Source of the DNA: a virus | Length of the DNA: 64,000 nt | Reading direction: 5' to 3' (one strand) | Virus record (IMG/VR): IMGVR_UViG_3300025701_000006 | Span: 1-64,000 of that record | The notes under the pieces: model-generated | The model's input: only the letters and a program-made list of their open reading frames with translations | The model's database searches: none | Told to the model about the DNA's origin: nothing | Made by a program: the position numbers and the translations under genes | In this document: positions 44,836 to 53,600 of the stretch, piece after piece | How positions within the stretch are numbered: the stretch's first letter is position 1 | How the letters are laid out: each line of letters opens with the position of its first letter

Positions 44836-45282
44836 CTACGGAACAGTAGGCCAGGCTATATCGTCTAAAGACCTTTCTTTTCCTGTAAAAGTACTAGGTA
44901 AGTCTCTTAGTAGTTGTCTATAGGTTGCCCATTCCGCTTTTACTTCAGCATTTAAAGGAGAATCCGCTACTTGCGTCCAATCACTAATAGATAGGTAGCT
45001 GTCTCGTGCTGTTCTAAATGCTTTATCAAACTTTTCTTGTCTAAATTTCCAATTTGTAACTTCCCACTCATAAAAGTCGTTAGGTTTTTCTGGCATATCT
45101 ACAAAAGCAAATCCGTTCCAACGTTTGTTTGCGATGGCTTCGGAGCTAGTGATACTATCAGGCAGAATTTTTACTAAAAGCCCGTCTGCAATGCTACCAT
45201 CTTTGTACATAGCAGTATCTGAAGGACTGACAGTAAAATTAACAGTACCGTCAATAGGGTTTATAAAAGCATATGTAATCAT
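44836..45282 (-). CDS. tail fibre assembly chaperone
   Basis: RDSYLSISDWTQVADSPL...WATYRQLLRDLP...WPTVP. Confidence 0.85.
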   Translation of the reverse strand: MITYAFINPIDGTVNFTVSPSDTAMYKDGSIADGLLVKILPDSITSSEAIANKRWNGFAFVDMPEKPNDFYEWEVTNWKFRQEKFDKAFRTARDSYLSISDWTQVADSPLNAEVKAEWATYRQLLRDLPSTFTGKERSLDDIAWPTVP

Positions 45283-45285
45283 TAT

Positions 45286-45978
45286 TTAAGCTCCAAATAT
45301 TATAGTTCTAGCAGCTGTATTAGTGTCAGCAGAACGGTCATAAGTAGTACCGCCACCTGCTTGAGTATACGCTCTCATCAAATCTTCTGTTATACTTATA
45401 GAAGAAGTACCATCAAACTTAAGCATTCTTCCTTCCGTACGTATAAAAAACAACTGACCATTTTGTGTAGATGTTGTGCGATTAGGGACTTGAAACAAAG
45501 AAGCATAAATATTTTTTCCTGTTTCTGAGTAAGTAGCCCCATTACCTTCCAGTATAGCCCTTACTTTAGTAGTAAAATAGTCACCAGTAAACAGTAAAAT
45601 ACCTTCTTGTGAGTATATCTCAAAACCATATCCAGTACCTGCAGGTGTTTTATCTGAAGACTGCTCGAAAATTAAATATTCAAATTCGATGTTTCCAGGC
45701 ATAGAATATATAAGAAATCCATCACCATTATTTATAGGAGTGCCGTACACATTAACATCTCCTGTATAATCTTTAGGTTTTACAAAAACTAGAATCTCAC
45801 CGCCAGCACCTATACCGCTAACACTAGCGCTGCCAAAAGTAACTATATTAGTAGTATTAGTACTAGTTCCTGTAGTAACTGTTCCAGAAGATCTTAATAA
45901 GTAAGTAATTCTACTTGCATCATCTGAGTTAAGTATTAAATCGCCAGCAGCGTTAAAAGTTTTTATTCCGAAGCTCAT
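45286..45978 (-). CDS. tail tip/fibre accessory protein
   Basis: Duplicated MSFGIKTFNAAG / GYGFEIYSQEG beta modules. Confidence 0.65.
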   Translation of the reverse strand: MSFGIKTFNAAGDLILNSDDASRITYLLRSSGTVTTGTSTNTTNIVTFGSASVSGIGAGGEILVFVKPKDYTGDVNVYGTPINNGDGFLIYSMPGNIEFEYLIFEQSSDKTPAGTGYGFEIYSQEGILLFTGDYFTTKVRAILEGNGATYSETGKNIYASLFQVPNRTTSTQNGQLFFIRTEGRMLKFDGTSSISITEDLMRAYTQAGGGTTYDRSADTNTAARTIIFGA

Positions 45979-45979
45979 G

Positions 45980-48900
45980 CTATATTCCTAGTACTAATAC
46001 TTTATAAGGGATACTCGTAGTAGAAGCACTGCTTCTGGCTATAGTAAGGCTGGTACTTGTTAAAGTAAAGTCCAAACTAGGGAGTGCTAATGACACAGGA
46101 GGATTTAACCATATAATATTAGTAGGGTTTCCTGTTAGGGGTATAACTACTGAGTTAGTACCTGCATTTAGCGTACCATCTACCATAGTATTAAAAATTG
46201 TTAATCTATCAGTAATACTTAGGTATACTTCACCATTTGGTCCGTACACTTCTAACCCGTAGCTACTACCAGAAGGAGGTACTACAGTATTCTCTTCTGT
46301 TGTAGTTACTACCACATCTTGGTTAGCCACTCCTCCATCACTATCTGTAACGGTAACTCTAAAAACTAGGGTGCCATTCTCGTCTGGAGCAGTAAACGAC
46401 GCAGATGCTGTAGCATTATTAGTGTCAATTCCTGTATTACTTGTAGTACTTAGGCTAACTGTAGTTCCAGACATTTGACTAATAACTGCACTTGCTATAG
46501 TACCATCAGTATCACTTAACCCTGTTGCATAAAGTGTAACAGCTTGCAGGCCTACCGTAGAGCTAGGGCTTGCTATAAAAGAGCCTATACTAGGGCCCTG
46601 GTTTACGAATTGTATTGTATAAGTTTGGGTATCTGTAGTAGTTCTTCCAAGAGAATCAGTAACTGTTACCGTCACACTAGCTGCACTATTCGTACTAACA
46701 TCACCAAAGTACACAATAGGGCTTTGCGTAGTAGTAGAGCTAAGACTTAAAGCACCTGTTGTAGTCCAAGCGTAAGAGGATATACTAACATCAGGATCTG
46801 TAGCGACAGTAGCTGTAACCTGATCTGATGTGTTTTCATTAGGAGTAGTGTCCCCTACAGACGTAATATCTACAGTAGTTGCAGTTGCGGCGCTTTCTGT
46901 AACTGCGAGAACGCTGCTGGTAACAACACCAGCAACATTGTCACTAGCTTGAGTTCTGTACCAGACAGTACGGCTACTACCAGAAATATGCGCTGTAGTT
47001 GCATATGTAACTGTTTTGGCGTCAGACGTACCAGTGGCTACTGTAGAAAACCCTGTAGTAGAGCTAGTGGTACTTCTTTGTAGCGTAGTAGTGATGGTCT
47101 GTCCAGCATCATCAGGATCACTAGAAGTAGCAGTTATCTCGTAGTCATCACCAGCCGGTATTGTATTACCCTGATTGCTTGTAGGGATATTAGCTACTGG
47201 AGGCTGGTTAACAAAGCCTATAGTAAAAGCCTGAGACTTAGTAATAGTCGCACCAAGGCTGTCAGTACATGTTACAGAAACAGTGCCTGTAGTATCTGCA
47301 GTGACGTTACCAAAAGAAGCAGTAATATCTCTAGTGGTAGTATCTGATAAGGATATTGCAGAACTGTCATCAGACCAAGCGTAACTTGTTATTGTTACGC
47401 CGTCATAGGTAGTATAATCAGCGGTTAAGTCTTGACTAGTATTTTCGTTAGGCGCTGTAGTAGTAACACCCGTCAATGTTAACGTAGACGCTCTAGGGTC
47501 TACTGTAAGGCTTACTGCACTACTTACTGTAGTATTTACAGAACTAGTGGCCCTAGCCCAGTAATAGTTTGTGGTGTTTCTAGTCTGCGTAAATACGCTG
47601 CTTGATTGCCATCCTGTCGTAGGAGCAACGTTAGTAGCAGTTTGTGCGTAGCTGGTAGTACCACCCGTAACACTCACATCAGACAGAGTTACTGTCACTG
47701 TTCCTGCGTTTGCGTCGTCATGTGAAGCGGTAGGGGTAGCTATATTGGCTATCTGCCTACCTACAGTAAACGTATCATTTGTAGCATCATACAGTCCATC
47801 ACCACCAGAAGCGGTACTTCTAGCAGCAAATATCTCGTAAGTAGTAATAGTACCGGCACTAGGTAAGCTATCAGTAAAACTAACATCGCCATTATCTACT
47901 ACTGTACCTAAATTATCAGTACCATTATTGACACGTACAGCATAAGTATCGTTACTGCTTCCACCGGCTATTGTAGTAGATGTAGTAGTTGCAGTGTTAC
48001 TTATAGTACTAGAAGTAGCTGTAACGCTTGTATCAGGTAACAAATATCCTACATATAGTGATTTACTTGCAGCTGTTCGTGATATCGTACCGTTTATATT
48101 ACTGGCCCAGTAGTACTTCGTAGTACCTCTTGCTTGAGAAAAGGTAGCACCAGTTTGCCATCCAGTAGTAGGTACAATGTTAGTACTTGTCTGCGCGTAA
48201 TGTAAAGTTCCATTAGACCCGCCAGAAGATGCTACTGTTACTGTTACACTGTCCTCAGCAACATCGTCAGAAACTGCAGTAGGACTGTTAGGTGCAGTTA
48301 CTATTTGTGTAGTCGTGTTTGCTGCTGCAGATGAGCCATTATCGTTTTCGCTTACATCTAGAGAAAACTCTACGGAAGAAGAGCTAGGGGCAGTGATACT
48401 TCCCGATACGCTTCCGCCTATAGTGTTAAAATTGCCCTGGCTTACTATTGCGTTAGTGTCGAGGCGTTTAATAACCCAAGATGCAACCTCTTGATCTTGT
48501 CCTGCCCAAGATACCGACCCACTTATGGATATAGTATCTCCATTACCTACTAAGGATGTAGATGTAAAAGACGTAATACTTATAGAATTAAGAGGGCGAG
48601 CTCTTTGAGTAGATGTACCTACTGTAAATACTCGTGCATACCCGTTTCTAGTAACAGTACGGAGCACACTAGCAGTTCTTACGCTAGAAGTGGTGTTATT
48701 GCTCCAAGTAACAGCACCTGTACTACTGTTTATAGTAGCTCCGGTACCAGAAATAGACCATGTACCTTCTGTTCCTGTAAATACTGGAGACCCAGTAGGA
48801 GATGTAGTGCCTCCAGTATAACCTTCTTGTGCATAACTATACGTACCGGAAACACCAGGACCGCCTAATCTAGACACTGTATAGTTTTCTGAGTACGTGC

Positions 48901-49591
48901 CTTCCGCGTTAGTAGCAGTAGCAGTTACTGTAGTAGATTGTGTAGAAGTACTACTATTTGCGTAAATCCAGGTAACAGCACCAGTATTACTATTAATAGT
49001 TATGTTAGAGGCGCTTTCTGAAAAACTATAAGCTATAGGAGCAGTACCATTTGCAACAGGAGACGTACTAATACTACTTATAGAGGAAGCCTCAGCACTA
49101 GCTACTGTCCAGACTGGGTTAGTAGTAAAATCAACAGGGGCATCAAAACCACCATTATCAGTTAGATAAACAGTATGAGAAGTCCCACTTGTCGATACAG
49201 CAGATTGCGACGCAGTATTCCAGCGGTAGCTGTGACCTCCTGTTATAGTATACTTTGTAGCGTCTACTCGTTTATAACTAGCTGTTTGATTTGATGAATT
49301 TTTAAGTTTTAGATCATACCATGAAGCAGAATCATTACTAATCTGAAAATGCAGGAAGTTGTCAGCACTGTTACTACGCTTATAGTTATACAGTCCTATT
49401 AGATTAGTATTTAATGAACTAATATAGTCTTGAGAAGTACTTCCGTCTATTGTACCAATATTACTACCAGGGTTAGTAGTAGAAGAAACAAATCCTGTTA
49501 AATCTATAACATATTGAAGACCTCCATAACTATCGTATATGGATGTACTACTAAACCCTGTTACTAACGCACTTTCATATATAGTTGCCAT
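45980..49591 (-). CDS. Ser/Thr-rich adhesin-like tail protein with Ig/PKD-like repeats
   Basis: Repeats PNENTS...SYAW...TDSLG...FVNQ (x2) and YAQT.TN..PTTGWQ...YYWA (x2); C-terminal SYGLEVYGPNG module. Confidence 0.7.
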   Translation of the reverse strand: MATIYESALVTGFSSTSIYDSYGGLQYVIDLTGFVSSTTNPGSNIGTIDGSTSQDYISSLNTNLIGLYNYKRSNSADNFLHFQISNDSASWYDLKLKNSSNQTASYKRVDATKYTITGGHSYRWNTASQSAVSTSGTSHTVYLTDNGGFDAPVDFTTNPVWTVASAEASSISSISTSPVANGTAPIAYSFSESASNITINSNTGAVTWIYANSSTSTQSTTVTATATNAEGTYSENYTVSRLGGPGVSGTYSYAQEGYTGGTTSPTGSPVFTGTEGTWSISGTGATINSSTGAVTWSNNTTSSVRTASVLRTVTRNGYARVFTVGTSTQRARPLNSISITSFTSTSLVGNGDTISISGSVSWAGQDQEVASWVIKRLDTNAIVSQGNFNTIGGSVSGSITAPSSSSVEFSLDVSENDNGSSAAANTTTQIVTAPNSPTAVSDDVAEDSVTVTVASSGGSNGTLHYAQTSTNIVPTTGWQTGATFSQARGTTKYYWASNINGTISRTAASKSLYVGYLLPDTSVTATSSTISNTATTTSTTIAGGSSNDTYAVRVNNGTDNLGTVVDNGDVSFTDSLPSAGTITTYEIFAARSTASGGDGLYDATNDTFTVGRQIANIATPTASHDDANAGTVTVTLSDVSVTGGTTSYAQTATNVAPTTGWQSSSVFTQTRNTTNYYWARATSSVNTTVSSAVSLTVDPRASTLTLTGVTTTAPNENTSQDLTADYTTYDGVTITSYAWSDDSSAISLSDTTTRDITASFGNVTADTTGTVSVTCTDSLGATITKSQAFTIGFVNQPPVANIPTSNQGNTIPAGDDYEITATSSDPDDAGQTITTTLQRSTTSSTTGFSTVATGTSDAKTVTYATTAHISGSSRTVWYRTQASDNVAGVVTSSVLAVTESAATATTVDITSVGDTTPNENTSDQVTATVATDPDVSISSYAWTTTGALSLSSTTTQSPIVYFGDVSTNSAASVTVTVTDSLGRTTTDTQTYTIQFVNQGPSIGSFIASPSSTVGLQAVTLYATGLSDTDGTIASAVISQMSGTTVSLSTTSNTGIDTNNATASASFTAPDENGTLVFRVTVTDSDGGVANQDVVVTTTEENTVVPPSGSSYGLEVYGPNGEVYLSITDRLTIFNTMVDGTLNAGTNSVVIPLTGNPTNIIWLNPPVSLALPSLDFTLTSTSLTIARSSASTTSIPYKVLVLGI

Positions 49592-49942
49592 TTACCAAGG
49601 AACCCCAATCCCTCTAGTTCTGATAGGATCTTTTTCTAAGCACATAAGGTAAGCTTCATGCTGTAATTTATCTACAAGTGTCATTCCAGTTGTATTATCT
49701 CTAGGCTCTATATCTAATAAAGTTTGTTTTGTCCATCCTATTACATCTTCTTCCGTAAGAGCATCAAAAGGTATAAATTCTTCTATATTATCTACTTCTA
49801 GTTGTACATTTCCCCAAGTGTAGCCTTTGTAGCCTTCTTCATCTACACATTCAACCCAAAAGTGTACATTTCTTATCACTTTTGAATTACTATTGAGTTC
49901 TTCAATCCATTCTATATTTAGTACTTTCCAACTAAAATTCAT
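49592..49942 (-). CDS. small tail-fibre-associated protein
   Basis: FIPFDALTEEDVIGW...GVPW pattern of small genes found beside marine phage fibres. Confidence 0.6.
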   Translation of the reverse strand: MNFSWKVLNIEWIEELNSNSKVIRNVHFWVECVDEEGYKGYTWGNVQLEVDNIEEFIPFDALTEEDVIGWTKQTLLDIEPRDNTTGMTLVDKLQHEAYLMCLEKDPIRTRGIGVPW

Positions 49943-50694
49943 TTTTCTACCTTAATTACTTCTTCTGTAAAATTTAAATAGATGTTATCTAAGGCGTCAA
50001 ACTTTTTTATATCTGCTTGGCCTTCAGTATTTATCTCTTTCCAAGGCTTATCTAGCCAAGTACTTTCTGTGCAGTCTATATTTCTGCTATTGTTTACTGC
50101 TGAGCTATAAACTTCGTACACTTTGTAGCCCTTAGAAAGCGCTCGTTTAGGAAAATTTACGTCTTCTCCGTAAACTAATCCTCTTGAAGGATGGGTAATA
50201 AAGTTTGTATTAAAAAACAATTCCTCATTATACCGTTTTCTAAAGTTTTTTACTATAAAGCATCCAGTAATTATATGATTTGTAGTTTTAACTCTATGGT
50301 AAGTACTTAGATGATAAGGAGCGTAGCAAAGATTTCCATGTGTTACAGTTAATACATCCCCTATGTCTTTTTTTCTAAGTGTATCTATTAAATCGTCACC
50401 TTTTGCTATCCATGTATCATCATCAAGTATTAAGCAGTAGTCATCATCCGTACTATAAAAATGGTTAAGTGCGATATTACGAGCATGCGCAGGAGGCATT
50501 CTAAAATCAGAACGTATCCATTTAACCTCAGAAAATTTTTTATAGGCCTCTTCAGGCCACTCCATTGCTATAATGCAAGGAACTAGGTCCTTACTTTTGC
50601 ACCATTCTATGGATTGTTTAATAAGGTCTAGTCTCTGCTCTATAGTTTTTGAGTTACCTAACCAAGATATTATGTACGCAGTATTAAGTATCAG
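49939..50694 (-). CDS. GT-A fold glycosyltransferase (GT2-like); probable non-AUG start upstream of ATG 50565
   Basis: PAHARNIAL, LILDDD (DxD), GEDVNF; open frame extends 43 codons upstream (TAYIISWLG beta strand) to a CTG behind a GGGGA SD. Confidence 0.72.
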   Translation of the reverse strand: MILNTAYIISWLGNSKTIEQRLDLIKQSIEWCKSKDLVPCIIAMEWPEEAYKKFSEVKWIRSDFRMPPAHARNIALNHFYSTDDDYCLILDDDTWIAKGDDLIDTLRKKDIGDVLTVTHGNLCYAPYHLSTYHRVKTTNHIITGCFIVKNFRKRYNEELFFNTNFITHPSRGLVYGEDVNFPKRALSKGYKVYEVYSSAVNNSRNIDCTESTWLDKPWKEINTEGQADIKKFDALDNIYLNFTEEVIKVEK

Positions 50695-53600
50695 GAGATA
50701 AATCCCCTAGTCTTACTCTAATCTGCCCATTGTTGTACACAGATACTCCCTTAGTATCCATAATAGTTCCCGTATAGTCATTAGCTACAACAGGACGAGT
50801 ACCAGACAGTGATGTACTTCTAAAACTACCTGATCCTATCGCTTCTGCAGCTAGTGTGCCGTTTATGACTTGATTACCATTAACCGTAAAAGTACTAGTT
50901 GCTGCCCAGACTGTTCCAGAGTACTCGTATATGTGAGTCCATCCAGCAGCAGTGTCGGTGTTATTAAGTATAAGGGTATCGCCAGTTATTTCACCAGCAT
51001 AGGCAGCAGGGGCAGCAGTATCCCAGTAACCAGCAATTTTAGCTATAGTGCCTGCGTCTCCAGGCTCTGCATCACCTAAATCGCTAGCATTATGTGTAAG
51101 AGTAGCCGTACCTCTAGGACCTGTAACACTAGTTCCTTTATCACCTGTAAGTTTTACAGGGGTATTCCAAACAGTGTCACTACTAGTCCAATTACCTGTG
51201 CTGTCTATCTGTTTAATAGTTAAAGAGCTTCTCCATGTAAACTCTCCAGATGCTAAAGTTTGAGGGCTTACATACCATCCATCAGTACTTACTGCATTAC
51301 CGCTAGTTGAAAAAGACCCGCTTACTCCAGGTACTGTAGGGGTACTTGTTGCATTTTTATATAAAAATATTTCTTTATATGAAGTAGCACTATTGCCATC
51401 GATACCGGTTATAGCAACAGGCCCATTCCAGTTGTCATCTATAGCAGACCAGTTGCCGTCATTATCGACTTGACGCATTGTTATGTTTATTCTGTATATT
51501 TTTTGTGTAGCGGTAGTAGGTGCTATAGAACTTACTGTCCAATCACCAAACGCTATTGCATTACCTGAAGAAGCAGTAAATCCTTGTAACTTAGTAGGAA
51601 ATACTGTGGGTACAGCAGCTGCAGTCTGATATAAGAATATTTCTTTATAATTATCTGCAGCAGTACCTGTACTACCTTTTTCAAAAAATTTAGCTGGAGT
51701 GCTCCAATCACTTCCTGTCCAAGTAGTACTTGCTGACCCATTAGACAGTGTTTGTGTATAAACTCTTTTTGATACCCAAGTAATACTATCCGATGCTACT
51801 ACAGGATCATCTGACCATGTTCTAGTAACCTCACTAACGACTGTAGTAGGCATAGTCTCAGAAGTACCGTTGTAAGAACCGCCCGTAGGGACTCCAGGAG
51901 CTGCAGTATGCGTAAGGAATACGTAACTTACATAACTACCAACGCCATCGTTGTAGTCTGTACCTTTTACAGGAGTAGTACCATTTTCACCTCTAGCTCT
52001 AGACCACGCGTAGTCTTCTTTGTTTGTAGGAGCAGTATTACTAGTGCCTACGTATATACCTACATAAACCTTATCGCCTGGAACATCATTAAAGCCAGTA
52101 CCATCTGCGACATCGCTATAACGTATATGAAAATGCTGTTCAGAAGCCTCTAGACTAGCTAAAAACTCTGCTTCAGTTCCTGTATTGTCTGCAGCTACCC
52201 ACAATTCGTACGCACTGCTTCCATTAGTCCCGTCTATACGCTGGGCATATACAGATGGAGTAGACCATTTATCCTCTAGTGAAACAGATGTTTCTGTGAT
52301 GTTGCCTGAAGCTAGGGCTGTAATTCTGTATACTTTCTTGTTGTCAGGTACATCGCTAGGAAAGCTAGTACTCCATGAAGTATGATTTTCTGTTATAGTG
52401 TTAGTAGAAAAGTTATATGTAACTTCCGTAGTAGGTACAGCAGGTGCAGAGTCGACAGCAGCAGAATAAAGAACTACTTCTCTAACTATATCTGCTTCTA
52501 TTACTCTTTTATCGGAATACTCTACAGTACTTCCGTTATTAGTAGTTTTCTTTTTGATAGACCAAAGCTTGCCGCCACCTTCAGGCACTACAACGCTATT
52601 TACATCGGTGTACCAATTACCATCAGCGCCGCCAGGATCTTGAGGAACATCATCTTTTCTGATGAATAAAAAGTCAGTAAAGTCGCCTGTGATGCCTTGA
52701 ATACCTTTAGCACCTACAAACGCTACTTTTACTTCGTTAATACTTCCACCATCTCCTGTGGAAGACCACAACGCTATAGTGTTAGTACCAGTAACTAGGT
52801 TGTCTGCACCAAACTCATACCATCTGACTTGATTGTTATTTCCTGATAATGAGCCTAGGACTTCTCCGTTTAGAGCTACTTGAAGACCGCCTTCTGCATC
52901 AGTAGCATTAACTCTAAGGAAAGCGTTCCCTGCAAAAGCAGAGTCAAAAGTAAAAGTATGTGCACCGCCTATACCAGTAGACGTAGGCCATGACACGCTT
53001 CCTGCCCATTCAAATAATAAGGCACTTAAACCATCTTTAGCAGTAATCTGTACAGGTTCCGCCCATGAATACGTACCAGTACCGTTGGTTTGCTTGCCTA
53101 AGGATTGCCAAAGAGTATTATTAATGGTTGAAGGTATATCATCAACCCACCCTGTGTGAGCATCGTCAGTAGGAGCACTAGGTTTAGTTAGATTATCTTT
53201 ATACACATATTTATAAACATCTGCATCAATACCGTCTTGTCTAAATGCGTATACAGCAGGCTCAGACCAACTAATATCAACACTGGTTTGTGTATTATTA
53301 CCTGTGACTAAAGCAGTGCTTACATATATTTTGTGGTTATTAGTAGTAATACCAGGAACAAACTTGTTCCAGTCATCACTGTCAATGGTTAAAGTATCAG
53401 TACTAAGGTTGTATGTACTAGTTGTTGGAGCCGTTACTGCACCAGTAGTAGGATCACTGTATATAGTTAGCTCTCTAATCATAGGAGCTTCAATGATACG
53501 TTTATCAGTATACGTAGCTATTACTTCTCCAGCGTTTGTGACTTTTTTAATAGACCACAAGTCACCTTCACCAGTAGCATCAACAGCGTTTGTTTCCCAA

